From a virus (taxonomy: Duplodnaviria > Caudoviricetes): a stretch of 64,000 nucleotides of DNA. Positions 48,008 to 58,808 of this stretch are shown here, in pieces. Position 1 is the first letter of the stretch. The number at the start of each line of letters is the position of its first letter. The stretch covers positions 160,102 through 224,101 of IMG/VR virus record IMGVR_UViG_3300021255_004427; one strand, given 5' to 3'. The notes below the pieces were generated by a model. It ran no database searches, was not told the origin of the DNA, and was given only the letters and a program-made list of their open reading frames with translations. Position numbers and translations under genes: made by a program.

Positions 48008-49822
48008 CTAACATCCAGCATACTTACGCGACCATTGGGTGAACTTCTCTGCTTCTTTAACGTAGTCTACGTCTTTTTCCAGTTCAGAAATGTCTTTCAT
48101 GTTGCAAATCAGGCGGGTATCTTCCGTCTCTGCCCTAACGTCCCACGTTTTGAGCCATCTCACATAATCCGGAAGGTCGGGAGTAAATGCCCAGGACAAG
48201 TCAATAACCACTCTATTGTTGGCCTCATCAGTACAACCATGATCTCGTATTAGATGACGCATGAAAAGCGGCGCATGAATATAGCTGAACACCCGTTTGA
48301 GAGAAATTTGTTTATTTCGGCCAAACTGCATTTTCTTCAAAAGGCTCGGTAGGGCGGTTCTTACCCGCCCCGGCCTGATTCGAATGCCGGTGTCACTATA
48401 CCTCTGGCAATTCACCCAATCATTGTCACGAAAAGAGGCCATGATATAGTCAGCTTCTTTTGGATTTTGGAGTTCGATATCAACATGCCCATCCCGGACT
48501 TGCCCGCATAAATAAATCAAAGCAGCTATTAAAGACCGCTTCTGATTGCGCGTCTGCCGGTTCTTCCCTGAGGAATCCTTCTTAAACCGCAGCCTCTGAT
48601 ACTCCCTACCTCCTGTGTCGTCCTCTTTAGGGGACTTGCGGGCGGCTTCTTTGATTTCCTTCACTGCATCATGCAACCATACACATTGCTTCTTTAGCTC
48701 TTTTATGTCTCCCTTGTTGCAAAGAAGCTTATTTCCTTCTATGCGAGACCGGACATTGTACTGTCGAAGCCAATGCGGATAGTATTTTAAATCATCCAGA
48801 TTGCCCCAAGACATATCAATAGCTATCTCAGTATCGTTGTCAGAAGGGCATTCAAAATGCTCAATAATGGCCGTCATAAAGTTCGGTGCATAAATGAAGC
48901 CAAAGGTATGCCGCAAAGACAGCTTCTCAGCCTCTCCGCACCTCAGCGCTTTTACGGCGTTTTTTAGGGCGTTCTTAACAACGCCCGTAGACAAACGTAT
49001 CCCGCCTTTTATTATGTTCGCATGTATGCCATCATTCTGTCTAAAGAACGACATAGCCCTTTCAATATCAGCTGGTAACATATGCCGGGTAAGATCAACA
49101 TAGTTGTTCTTGATTACACCATGCATATAGATAAGACTGCGTACGATAGAGCGCTTATACTCTCTGGTTATCTGCGGCCCCTGATGATTCGGGATATCCT
49201 TGTTGAAAACAAGTTTATTGTGCAGCAGTACCCCGTCGCTTTCGTACAGCATCCCGCTGTGTATGTCCTTCACAAACAACTCTTTCATATCATTGGCATC
49301 GCAAACCAGTTGATTATCCTGCACTTCTGCCTTCACATCCCAGATTTTCAGCCATTTCGGGAATTCCTGCCAATCTGCAGGATTAGCCCAAGGGGCCAAA
49401 CATATAACATATGTTTTTCTGTCCTCTGACTCTTTTCCGAAAATATCAGAAACATAGTGCATGAAATCCGGGGCATACAAATAGTTCAGCACATTCTTGA
49501 TAGTCATTTTGTATGTATTTTCAAAGCACATACTGTTTGCCAGTTGCAACTGGACGCCATTATTTTTCCCGGGATAAAGACGCATTCCCCCTTTTATCAT
49601 CTGAGTTCTTACAAAGTTGCAGCTCCGATTAAAAGTCTTTATTGCGTCTATGGTGAATTTGCCGAGATTCCGCGTGATATCAACACAGCCGTTATTCAGA
49701 GTACCGTGAATATACATCATTCCAATAAAGAATGCCTTTTTGAATTCGTCAGTTTCCCTTTTTTCGGCATTTGTTTCACCGGGAATAACCAGCTTGTGGT
49801 ATTCCAACTCTACCACCCCCAT
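48008..49822 (-). CDS. Protein with three tandem ~190-aa repeats
   Basis: KKAFFIGMMYIHG / KRSIVRSLIYMHG / KRSLIAALIYLCG; each with G.RL, (Y/H)AP.FM and WL..(W/Y).V. Confidence 0.7.
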   Translation of the reverse strand: MGVVELEYHKLVIPGETNAEKRETDEFKKAFFIGMMYIHGTLNNGCVDITRNLGKFTIDAIKTFNRSCNFVRTQMIKGGMRLYPGKNNGVQLQLANSMCFENTYKMTIKNVLNYLYAPDFMHYVSDIFGKESEDRKTYVICLAPWANPADWQEFPKWLKIWDVKAEVQDNQLVCDANDMKELFVKDIHSGMLYESDGVLLHNKLVFNKDIPNHQGPQITREYKRSIVRSLIYMHGVIKNNYVDLTRHMLPADIERAMSFFRQNDGIHANIIKGGIRLSTGVVKNALKNAVKALRCGEAEKLSLRHTFGFIYAPNFMTAIIEHFECPSDNDTEIAIDMSWGNLDDLKYYPHWLRQYNVRSRIEGNKLLCNKGDIKELKKQCVWLHDAVKEIKEAARKSPKEDDTGGREYQRLRFKKDSSGKNRQTRNQKRSLIAALIYLCGQVRDGHVDIELQNPKEADYIMASFRDNDWVNCQRYSDTGIRIRPGRVRTALPSLLKKMQFGRNKQISLKRVFSYIHAPLFMRHLIRDHGCTDEANNRVVIDLSWAFTPDLPDYVRWLKTWDVRAETEDTRLICNMKDISELEKDVDYVKEAEKFTQWSRKYAGC

Positions 49823-50173
49823 TTAGCCTGCGGTCTTAGGCGAGTTATCTCTAATTAAGTCTTCGAATTCTTCAATAATTGCCTCATATCTAATTATTCG
49901 CTGTTTATCCTCTTCATTCTTGCCGTCTCTTTTTAAGACTTGCTGCTGTTGACGCAACACTCCAATTATCCCCTTAAACATAGGAACAAGGACGTAAGGA
50001 TCGCAGTAGTGACTCCCTTGCTGTGTCTTGGCGACATTAAGGGTTTCATCTACGAGGATACTTGCGACAATTTGATTTTTAGCCCGGCCCTCAAAAGGGA
50101 CGACCGATTGGATCGTCCCAATGTAATTGATAAGGCCAGACCGGATTTGTTCGAGATCGTTACTATAGGCCAT
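49823..50173 (-). CDS. Hypothetical protein
   Basis: Coupled to the gyrA stop. Confidence 0.65.
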   Translation of the reverse strand: MAYSNDLEQIRSGLINYIGTIQSVVPFEGRAKNQIVASILVDETLNVAKTQQGSHYCDPYVLVPMFKGIIGVLRQQQQVLKRDGKNEEDKQRIIRYEAIIEEFEDLIRDNSPKTAG

Positions 50174-52668
50174 TAAGCCGCAGCTCCTTCCTCTTCACTA
50201 GAATCCGGTTCTTCTGATGGTGCCAATGTGATTGATGCAATCTCAGCACCATCAGCAAGGTTAATTGCCTTTGTGCCATGTCCGTTGCGGCTCTGGATAC
50301 TGAAGTCCTTAACCGGCATGCGAATAATCATATCGTTCGTAGTTACGACGAATAAGGTCTCGTTTTCCTCAACCTTTACGACCGATAAAGCATGTCCGCT
50401 CTTGTCGGTGGGCTTATACAGCATGACACCCTTGCCGCCACGGTTTTCTCTTGCAGGAATATCGCTTACATTGCAGCGCTTACACAACCCTTTGTCGGAG
50501 ATAACAAGAAGGATGTCTTCATCTGCTACAGATACGGCCGAAATGATATAGTCATCATCTGATTTAAATCGCATTGCGATATTGCCACGGGCTGTGCGGC
50601 TGCAAACAGAAATGTTCTCCATTGCCGTTCTCATGGCAAATCCATTTCTGGTTACTGTTACGACGTTGCCTTCGCCCGTTGTCAGTATGACGCTCGCCAG
50701 GCCATCACCTTCAGCGAAGTTAATAACCTTAAGGCCGTTCTTACGGATATTCATGTTTTCAAGACTGATACGCTTCGCCAGCCCCTTCTTTGTTACCATC
50801 AAGAGCTGATGTGTCGTATCATTGTGTTCAAGAGAGAATACCTTAACAACTTTTTCCTCATCTTCAAAGGTGACGTAGTTGTTGAGGTATTTACCCATGG
50901 CTGCTTTGGACACAATCGGAATATGGAATGCCGGGATTGCGTATGCTTTCCCCTTATCCGTGATGACAATGATATCGTCTTTATTGCTCATATAGAGAAC
51001 TTCTTCAACGAAATCGTCTTCACGGAGTTTTACGCCATTTCCTTTTCCGCCGCGCCCCTGCTGACCATAATCACGGGATCTAATAGCCTTGACCATGCCG
51101 TTATGGGTGTAGAACACCACGAGGTTTTCATCCTCGATGAGGTCACGGTCTTCCACCTCATTGCATTTTTCAGCAATCTCGGTGCGTCTATGGTCGCCTT
51201 TAAAGTAGCCGCGGGCAATATAATCATCAATGTCCTGAATGAAAGCATTGACTAATGCTACGCGGTTACAAAGAAGTTCTTTGCACGTAAGAATCTTGTT
51301 CTTAAGTACTTCTGCTTCTTCGATAAGTGCATTCACATCAAAGGAATTTAAGGAACCCAATTGGCGGGCGTAAAGACCTTTTGCCTGAGCCTCAGAGAAT
51401 CCAAATACAGACACGAGGTTAGCAATAGTCGTTTCGCGGTCTTTTGATGCGCGAATTGTCTTAATTACTTCCTCGATCTGCGAATTGGCGTTAATGTATC
51501 CCTGAACCAGTTCGAGTCTCTTGGCGTACTGTTCCATATCGTATCTGACAACCCGGGCTTTTGATTGCAGCTGACTCTTAATATAGAGTTCAATGATCTG
51601 CAAGAGATTCATATTTTCGACCGGGCGGCCATCAACCAGCATAACATTATTAATGGAGAAAGAACTCTCCATTTTTGTTTGCTTAAAGATGTTGTTTAAG
51701 ACGATATCGGGATTGCCGTTCTTCTTAAGCTCGACACAGATGGCGATTCTTCCTTTTTCAGATCTATCTACCACATCTGCCACGTTATCCTTGAACACCT
51801 TATCAGCATCTTCATTATACACCTTGGCGCCTAAATCTTCAACAAGAGATTTCTTATTGATGCCATACGGAATTTCCGTAAACACAATAGTGGTACGGCC
51901 TCCGGCTTCTTTCAGCTCATACTTTCCTCTGATTTTTACTGTGCCCTTGCCAGTACGGTAAGCCTTGCGGGCTTCTTCCGGATTAACAATCACAGCTCCC
52001 GTCGGAAAGTCCGGTGCTTTCACGATGTTAATAACATTGTCTAATTTTGGCTGCTCTTTATTGACCACGCAGTTAAGAACATACTTTATAGCTTTAAAAA
52101 TGTCTCCTGCATAGTGTGGAGCCATTGAAGAAGCCATAGCCGTGGCAATACCAGTTGTTCCATTGCAAAGCCCGGCAGGAAAAATCCCCGGCAGGTATTT
52201 AGGTTCTTTCTCACTATCGTCGAAGTTTGGAATCATATCGACAGCGTTCTTATCTAATCCTTCCAGCATGGACTCACCAATTTTGGAAAGCTTGCACTCT
52301 GTATATCGCATTGCTGCCGGCGGGTCTCCATCCACCGATCCATTATTCCCTTGGAACGTAATAAGAGGATACCTCTTCGTCCAAGCTTCCGAAAGACCAA
52401 CCAGGGCATCGTATGCACTCTGGTCGCCGTGCGGATTATATTTTCCAATTACATCCCCGACTACACGCGCGCACTTTTTGGGTACAGCCGAGTTTTTTAA
52501 CCCCATCTCGTGCATTGCGTAAAGGGTATATCGTTGCGAGGGCTTAAGACCGTCCTGTACCTTTGTCAATGCACGAGAGAGGATAACTTCCTCCGCGTAA
52601 GTAAGGTACAAAGACTTAATAATATCCTCGGCACGAATATCGACTATTCTAGTATTTGTTTCGCTCAT
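50173..52668 (-). CDS. gyrA: DNA gyrase subunit A
   Basis: DGLKPSQR, ARVVGDVIGKYNPHGD, AAMRYTE, GyrA box QGRGGKG, beta-pinwheel repeats. Confidence 0.95.
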   Translation of the reverse strand: MSETNTRIVDIRAEDIIKSLYLTYAEEVILSRALTKVQDGLKPSQRYTLYAMHEMGLKNSAVPKKCARVVGDVIGKYNPHGDQSAYDALVGLSEAWTKRYPLITFQGNNGSVDGDPPAAMRYTECKLSKIGESMLEGLDKNAVDMIPNFDDSEKEPKYLPGIFPAGLCNGTTGIATAMASSMAPHYAGDIFKAIKYVLNCVVNKEQPKLDNVINIVKAPDFPTGAVIVNPEEARKAYRTGKGTVKIRGKYELKEAGGRTTIVFTEIPYGINKKSLVEDLGAKVYNEDADKVFKDNVADVVDRSEKGRIAICVELKKNGNPDIVLNNIFKQTKMESSFSINNVMLVDGRPVENMNLLQIIELYIKSQLQSKARVVRYDMEQYAKRLELVQGYINANSQIEEVIKTIRASKDRETTIANLVSVFGFSEAQAKGLYARQLGSLNSFDVNALIEEAEVLKNKILTCKELLCNRVALVNAFIQDIDDYIARGYFKGDHRRTEIAEKCNEVEDRDLIEDENLVVFYTHNGMVKAIRSRDYGQQGRGGKGNGVKLREDDFVEEVLYMSNKDDIIVITDKGKAYAIPAFHIPIVSKAAMGKYLNNYVTFEDEEKVVKVFSLEHNDTTHQLLMVTKKGLAKRISLENMNIRKNGLKVINFAEGDGLASVILTTGEGNVVTVTRNGFAMRTAMENISVCSRTARGNIAMRFKSDDDYIISAVSVADEDILLVISDKGLCKRCNVSDIPARENRGGKGVMLYKPTDKSGHALSVVKVEENETLFVVTTNDMIIRMPVKDFSIQSRNGHGTKAINLADGAEIASITLAPSEEPDSSEEEGAAA

Positions 52669-52698
52669 TTTGCTACCTTAACTCCCAACTTTTTGAAA

Positions 52699-53085
52699 TT
52701 ATGCTGCAAATGTAGTCGCCATGATCATTTCTTTTCGTGGCGCCACATTTGAACCCAGACATGTTTCAAGCATTTGTTCTGCAAGAACGGCATCTTCTAC
52801 GGTGATTCTGCGGAGAATTCGCGTCTTGGGGTTCATGCTCGTTTCCCAAAGTTGTTCTGCGCTCATTTCACCCAAACCCTTAAATCTCGAAATCGTCCAG
52901 CCATTAAGTTCCTCGCGGGCGGCATCCAGTTCTGCGGTTGTATAGAACCACTTATCTTTTTGCCCTTTCTTGACCGCTCTAAATAAAGGCGGCTGAGGTA
53001 CATATATATGGCCGTCCTCAATGAGCTGTGGTGCATGTCTCCAAATATGACCGATATGTAAGATAATGATATGTCCACCGTCGGC
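52699..53085 (-). CDS. gyrB: DNA gyrase subunit B, exon 2
   Basis: ADGGHI..PPLF..RFKGLGEM..QLWETSMNP. Confidence 0.9.
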   Translation of the reverse strand, partial: ADGGHIIILHIGHIWRHAPQLIEDGHIYVPQPPLFRAVKKGQKDKWFYTTAELDAAREELNGWTISRFKGLGEMSAEQLWETSMNPKTRILRRITVEDAVLAEQMLETCLGSNVAPRKEMIMATTFAA

Positions 53086-54345
53086 CGATAACACCCTATC
53101 TTTCGATATATTTTAAATAACTCTGATAAACTTTATACTTTCTGGGTAAGTATACTTTTGCATTGTCATAAAGGCATCCCAGCATACCTCTCAACTGCTT
53201 GTTCCCACCTATATTAACGCCATACACATTTTTAGAACGGAATATTTTTGCATCTCCTTTTCCTAAAAATGATAGTATTCCTTTTAATACATCGGCAGTC
53301 CCCGTAAAACCTATGGAAAATGTCGTGTAATCGTACTTTTTCCTGGTCGTTTTTGAAATGCAGCCATCACCATCAAGATAACCGCGAACAAAATGTCTTA
53401 GTAAGTGCTCGGGAACCTGATTATTGTCGGGGAATTTTAAGATATAAGTCTTGCTTTCCGCAACACCTTTGTTCTTAATGTCATTAACGGTTTTCTGGCT
53501 GACCAACTCTATCTTGGAGTAATTTCCAGTAGAGTTATATCCGCTTCCATGATAAGTTCGAATAGGATTTGTTGCCTTAATATCTTTTTTAAACTTTTCA
53601 AGATGTGTTATATCCTCGGCGCTTAATGTGATGCCTAACCTATCAGCGCCGTCTTTTCTTAACTGAATGTATCCATCGGCATAGATGAACCCTAACCAGT
53701 ATGCTTTCTCTTCTGTGTCGATGTTTTCAAAAAAGTCTTCATCGTGATGATAGCGCCTGCTGGTATAGTCTGTTGACCTGACTTCAATACCAGCTTGTTT
53801 TATGGCTTTTGACATCCATTTTCTATCATGGTGCAACATCTTTTCAAGTTCTCGAAGTGTATATCCTGCGTTGTATAATTCCACAACGCGATCTTTTTCT
53901 TCTTGTGGGATTTTTGGTTTTCCTGCCAAAGGCCTCCTCCTTCCCTTGAAGATATGATTTATTGTTTATCAGAGTTGGGACTAGACTATATTTTCATCCG
54001 TTCTGGATGGGTGGTCTTTTGCGTCGGGATTTTCACCCTAAATACCGCTACGGGGCGCTACCCCCTAGTCGTTACACGTTTCTGTCTAAAATGACAGGTT
54101 AGCACGGTATCCCCTGCTACCCACGATTGGTTACGTGGAGCCGTAGGTTCTGTTCTATATATAGGAGTGTCTTCGCTTGTGGACCGCATACGCGGGGCAA
54201 TAATTGTCCATATTGCCAATCTTATTCAACTCCAACCGTTAGCCTAGTTACTACCAGACACCCTAGATTTCTAGGTTAGCCACCTAATAATCTCCCACAT
54301 TCCTGTGGGGACGACTGTTACTTAAGCTGCGAGGTTTAAGTTCCA
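53086..54345 (-). mobile_element. Group I intron (1260 nt) with homing endonuclease
   Basis: 5' exon ends in U, intron ends in G; P1 UGAU^UG/CAGUCG with U.G; P GCTAACGGT, Q ATACCGTGCTAA, R GTGTAACGACTAG, S AAAATATAGTCTAG; splicing restores ADADADGGHI. Confidence 0.9.
53096..53929 (-). CDS. Intron-encoded LAGLIDADG homing endonuclease with N-terminal HTH
   Basis: EKAYWLGFIYADGYI and RHFVRGYLDGDGCI; RBS GGAGGAGG. Confidence 0.9.
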   Translation of the reverse strand: MAGKPKIPQEEKDRVVELYNAGYTLRELEKMLHHDRKWMSKAIKQAGIEVRSTDYTSRRYHHDEDFFENIDTEEKAYWLGFIYADGYIQLRKDGADRLGITLSAEDITHLEKFKKDIKATNPIRTYHGSGYNSTGNYSKIELVSQKTVNDIKNKGVAESKTYILKFPDNNQVPEHLLRHFVRGYLDGDGCISKTTRKKYDYTTFSIGFTGTADVLKGILSFLGKGDAKIFRSKNVYGVNIGGNKQLRGMLGCLYDNAKVYLPRKYKVYQSYLKYIER

Positions 54346-55890
54346 ATCAGCGTCGGCAAACAGCATTATCTTGTCATAATTGAGATTGTCAATATTGAAA
54401 TCATCATCTACGCCAGTACCAATAGCAGCATAGAATATACCGAGCTTATCATTATTAAGAATCTCTTTTGCAGACATGCCATCTTTAACAGCATTTTTCA
54501 CCTTGCCAAAGATGGGGAGAATGGCTTGTGTTTCAGGGTCACGTCCGGTCTTAGCTGACCCGGCCGCGGAGTCTCCCTCTACTGCCCATAACTCCGCCTC
54601 CAATGGGTTTTTGGTGTGGCAACCGGCCAGCTTACCTAAGGTCTTGAGTTTTGGATTTGCACCCTTACCATTTCTGACGCGCTCTCTGGCTTCTTTTGCC
54701 TTGATACGCATCTTACGATACAGAAGTGCCTTTTCCAGAATGACTTCTGCTTCCTTTGGATTCGCTTCAAGATAATCGTAGAACACATCCTGCAATGCAT
54801 TTGCAATAATGGTTCTTACCTTAGGCATATCCAGTTTGGTTTTGGACTGCCGGTCGAATGTAGGTTTTTTATATCGCACTGCGATAATACCTACGATGCC
54901 GCGGTTGGTATCGTTGAGCTCGAAATCCTTCTTTTCTTTGATCTTCTTTTTCTCGATACCGTATTTGCGGATAGCATCGCAGACGCCTTGGATGAAGCCC
55001 TGGACATGCGTACCGCCGTCTTCGGTGTCGATAGAATTTACAAAGCTTTTAAGGGATTGCTCTTCTCTGGTTGTATAACCGAAAGAAATATCGAACGACA
55101 AGTCGCGGGGCAAATCTTTCGCCGGCACTGTCTTATTTAAGTGAATCTTGGTTTCGACAGCCAGTTCTTTCCCTTTAAGAAGCTGATCAAGGTATGCCTT
55201 CAGTCCATCTGTATAACAGAAGCTTTTCTTTCCGAGCTTTCCTTCCGGATTGACAATTGCCACATTCACCTTGAGTTCGTTATTGAGGAAGGCCATTTGC
55301 TGGCACATTTCCATAAGGCTCATAGGATTAACGACAATATCTTCAAACATGGTGTCATCCAATTTGTAGGTGATTGTTGTGCCATGTTCGTTTTCGCCGC
55401 AAGTTCCTACGACGCTCTGGCGTTCGGTGTATATGCCTTTTGCGAAAGCAACACGGTAAATCTTGCCGCCCGCCCGCACTTCTGATTTAAAACTTTCCGA
55501 CAGGGCATTCACAACGGAACTACCCATGCCGTTCTTGCCTCCGGTATCTTCCTTGTAGCCATTGTCGCCTGAAAATTTTCCGCCCGCACTAAGTACAGTC
55601 AGAGCGACTTCCATTTGGCTGTATCCCTTATGCAGGGGATCGTCACAGGGAGCTACCGGGATACCACGTCCGTTATCCCGAACGGTGATAAAGTTGTTAC
55701 GCATATCATATGCGATATCAATTTGTGTACAGAAGCCTGCTTTTGCTTCGTCGACTGAGTTAGCCAGAATCTCAGAGAAGCAGGCCAGCTGCGGATAAGC
55801 CCCGGAAATATATACATCCGGGTTTTCCCTGACTGAATCAGGAAAATTATTGACCTTGATGGTCGTTTGGCTGTTAAGATCTACTGCCAC
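54346..55890 (-). CDS. gyrB: DNA gyrase subunit B, exon 1
   Basis: EILANSVDE, DNGRGIP, AGGKF, SVVNALS, VEGDSAAG, KIMLFADAD. Confidence 0.92.
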
Positions 55891-56017
55891 TTTCTTTAAA
55901 CCACCTTTTGCTAATTTGTACCCTTATTATGGGGCCGACACAAAAGACGTTCGAACGAACATCCTCTCTGCCAGCCCCATATAAGGGGCTAGTTAATCCA
56001 ACCAATTTATAGTTGGA

Positions 56018-56527
56018 TTAGAACGGCCAATCTTCAGAACCGCCCGTAACTACCGGTGCAGCGGGAGCGCTCGGGGCAGCCGGTGCAGCAGGTGCTGCCG
56101 GAGCAACAGGGCCTGCGCTGGGAGCTGCCGGCGCGGCAGACGTATCTTCACCGCGTTCGTTGGAGGTGCGCTGAATGTAGAAGTCATAAGCAGAGAAGCC
56201 CATACCGGTCCAGGATACGGAGCCGTCTACGTTCTCCTTCTTGCGGGACGGGGTCAAACGGCCTTCAAAAATGAGCCCCTTGCCCTTAACATTGAACTTT
56301 TTCAGCGCTTCACACTTTTTGCCCCAAACCGTAACTTCGTAAATTTCGGACTTATAGTTGCCGTTTTCGTCTTTCTGGGCGGTCTGCACATTCAACTTCA
56401 TGACGCCGTGCATCTTTTTTTCATCACCGTCGTTGAACACAACGAAGCGTTTTGCGGGGTCGTCAAAATAGGGAACCGTGCCGGAAAGGAGTACTTTATT
56501 CAGATCTGCCATAGTTATATACCTCAT
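56018..56527 (-). CDS. ssb: Single-stranded DNA-binding protein
   Basis: LNKVLLSG, VTVWGK, EGRL, Pro/Ala linker, C-terminal EDWPF. Confidence 0.88.
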   Translation of the reverse strand: MRYITMADLNKVLLSGTVPYFDDPAKRFVVFNDGDEKKMHGVMKLNVQTAQKDENGNYKSEIYEVTVWGKKCEALKKFNVKGKGLIFEGRLTPSRKKENVDGSVSWTGMGFSAYDFYIQRTSNERGEDTSAAPAAPSAGPVAPAAPAAPAAPSAPAAPVVTGGSEDWPF

Positions 56528-56589
56528 TTCTTTCTGCCGCGTTTTATGCGGCCTACAAATTAATTCTTAATTGTTGAAAGCACCTATGA

Positions 56590-57375
56590 TTAGGCTGCCT
56601 TACGGAACAATTCGTTAACCTTGCCTGCAATGTAAGCACTAATCATGCGCACAACAGGCGGATTGTAGATGTTGCGATCCTGATAGTTGGTAAACATACC
56701 ATCGCTGGCCTCAGTGATGCGGGCATTGAGCCAATCAACATCAATCTTGCCGGACTGAACACCGTTCACGCATACCTGCCGCAACAGTTTTGCGGACTGC
56801 AGCATTTCGTTATTGGCCTTCATAGCATCCGTCCAGGTATCATCCACTTCACTCGGAGTGAGGTGCTTATTCTTCCATTCATCGGACGTAATGTCAATTG
56901 CCGGTTTTTCGGGCACTGCAGGTGCTGCCGGAGCTTTTGCTTCTGCCGGTGCGGGAGCCGGAGCTGCCGTGGGAATCTGTGCACGCGGATTCATATTGAC
57001 AAGGGTCGGAGCGTCATTGCCAAGATCCAGCATCGGTGCGTCTGCCGGGAGAGAAATTCCATTGTTTTCGGCCGCAGCTTTCTCTGCCTTATTGGGTACG
57101 GAGAGGATGTCATTTACAGCCTGCTCTTCTTTAGAGCTCAACGGCTTGCCCTTAAGCTCTTCTTTCTTAGTGGTTTTGGCTTTTGTGGCCGGCTTCACCG
57201 TTTTTCCTGCCTGTTCTGCTGCGCCTTTAACCAAATCGGTGAGCTGTACGCCGGTTGCAGAAATCGTTTTAGCGATTTCCAGGGCCAACATTGCATGCTG
57301 GTACGGGTCTTTTACTTTACTCAGGTCATTGCCTGCGGTATCGAGGAAAATCTGGATAGCCATTTCATTACTCAT
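56590..57375 (-). CDS. Hypothetical protein
   Basis: 261-aa ORF with PAPA linker. Confidence 0.65.
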   Translation of the reverse strand: MSNEMAIQIFLDTAGNDLSKVKDPYQHAMLALEIAKTISATGVQLTDLVKGAAEQAGKTVKPATKAKTTKKEELKGKPLSSKEEQAVNDILSVPNKAEKAAAENNGISLPADAPMLDLGNDAPTLVNMNPRAQIPTAAPAPAPAEAKAPAAPAVPEKPAIDITSDEWKNKHLTPSEVDDTWTDAMKANNEMLQSAKLLRQVCVNGVQSGKIDVDWLNARITEASDGMFTNYQDRNIYNPPVVRMISAYIAGKVNELFRKAA

Positions 57376-57393
57376 TGTTACATGTCCCCTTTC

Positions 57394-58785
57394 TTACGCC
57401 GCTTGAGGCATATCGATATATTCGGTCTCAAGCTTTTTGGTTTCTACAGACTCTTTCGTGATTTTTACGAGAGCCATTTGTCCCTCTTTGGCCTGCTCTG
57501 CGATTTGCGGCAGGTCGAACATCGTATCCAAAAGGATACCTTCGATAATGGTACGAAGCGAACGTGCGCCTGTACCGGTTTTGATTGCTTTTTCTGCAAT
57601 CTTCTTAAGTGCCTCGCGGTCAATCTTCAACTTGCAGTTATCCATGCTGAATAGCACTGCGAATTGCTTAATGATGGCATCTTTCGGCTCAGTAAGGATA
57701 CGAACCAAATCATCTTCCTTGAGCTGATGAAGTTTGCACATAATTGGCAAACGGCCAAGCATTTCCGGAATGATGCCGTATTCACGCATATCTTCCGGTG
57801 TAGCTTCGTCAATAAGGCGGTTGAATTTGTCTGCCTCATCACTAATAGCATCCAATCCGAGCTTGTCTTCATGGCAATAGCCAAAGCCATTGTTTTCATC
57901 AATTCGCTTGGAGATGATCTTTTCGATACCTTCAAAGGCGCCGCCACAAACAAACAAAATATTTGTGGTGTCAATTTCTGTAGTAGGTGCGTCCGGATGC
58001 TTACGCATGCCCTGCGTGAAGTGCACTTTTGTACCTTCGATGATTTTCAAAAGGGCCTGCTGTACACCTTCCTGACCGGGGTCGGCTGACGTAGAACGAT
58101 TGGTGCCAGATTTGCGCGCAATCTTATCAAATTCATCGAGGAAAATGATGCCGCGTTCAGTTTTTTCGCGGTTTTTCCCGGCCTCCTCATAAAGCTGGCG
58201 GACACATGTTTCAGGATCTGAGCCTACATAACCGGCACGGGTTAACGTACTGGTGTCAACCACCGTAAAAGGTACACCAAGACGCCTTGCAATCGCCTTT
58301 AGGATAGCGGTTTTGCCTGTGCCTGTTGGGCCGAGCATTAAAATATTGCTCTTAGCCAGCTGTGAAAGGCCGTCAGTCTTCTTACCTGTTTCCAGTTCCT
58401 TACATTTTTGTGCTTCAAAGAAAGCAAGGCGCTTGTAGTGGTTATATACAGCCACGGAAAGAACTCTCTTGGCACTATCCTGGCCAACGATGTACTTATC
58501 CAGATGTTCTTTGATTTTTGCCGGCGATTCTTTTGACACAATCTCAAAAAGCTGTCGTGCGCCTTCTTTCTGCATCTGGAGTTTTGCCGCAGCCGCCTGT
58601 TCTTCTGCTAACACATTTCCTTCAGGATATGCCGTTCCGGGCTGCTGGTTCTGTACAGCCATCTTTGCTACCATTTTTGTCCCACAAGAAAAGCAAAGAG
58701 CAGTTCCGGTTTTTTCATCGAAGAATAACATCTTGTTTTCCAGTTCTTCATTCGGAATCTCTTTGCCACATGCACTACATTTCAT
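57394..58785 (-). CDS. clpX: Clp protease ATP-binding subunit ClpX
   Basis: N-terminal zinc finger, VAVYNHYKR, KSNILMLGPTGTGKT, AGYVG, GVQQALLKIIEG, RKHP, TGARSLR. Confidence 0.95.
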   Translation of the reverse strand: MKCSACGKEIPNEELENKMLFFDEKTGTALCFSCGTKMVAKMAVQNQQPGTAYPEGNVLAEEQAAAAKLQMQKEGARQLFEIVSKESPAKIKEHLDKYIVGQDSAKRVLSVAVYNHYKRLAFFEAQKCKELETGKKTDGLSQLAKSNILMLGPTGTGKTAILKAIARRLGVPFTVVDTSTLTRAGYVGSDPETCVRQLYEEAGKNREKTERGIIFLDEFDKIARKSGTNRSTSADPGQEGVQQALLKIIEGTKVHFTQGMRKHPDAPTTEIDTTNILFVCGGAFEGIEKIISKRIDENNGFGYCHEDKLGLDAISDEADKFNRLIDEATPEDMREYGIIPEMLGRLPIMCKLHQLKEDDLVRILTEPKDAIIKQFAVLFSMDNCKLKIDREALKKIAEKAIKTGTGARSLRTIIEGILLDTMFDLPQIAEQAKEGQMALVKITKESVETKKLETEYIDMPQAA

Positions 58786-58808
58786 ATATTAAATCACCTC
58801 GTTTTCTC

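Noticed and set aside
52699-55890. gyrB as a pseudogene, naturally split gene, intein or group II intron
   Set aside because: In-frame stops rule out an intein; no GUGYG/AY ends or RT; the group I core and precise frame restoration explain it
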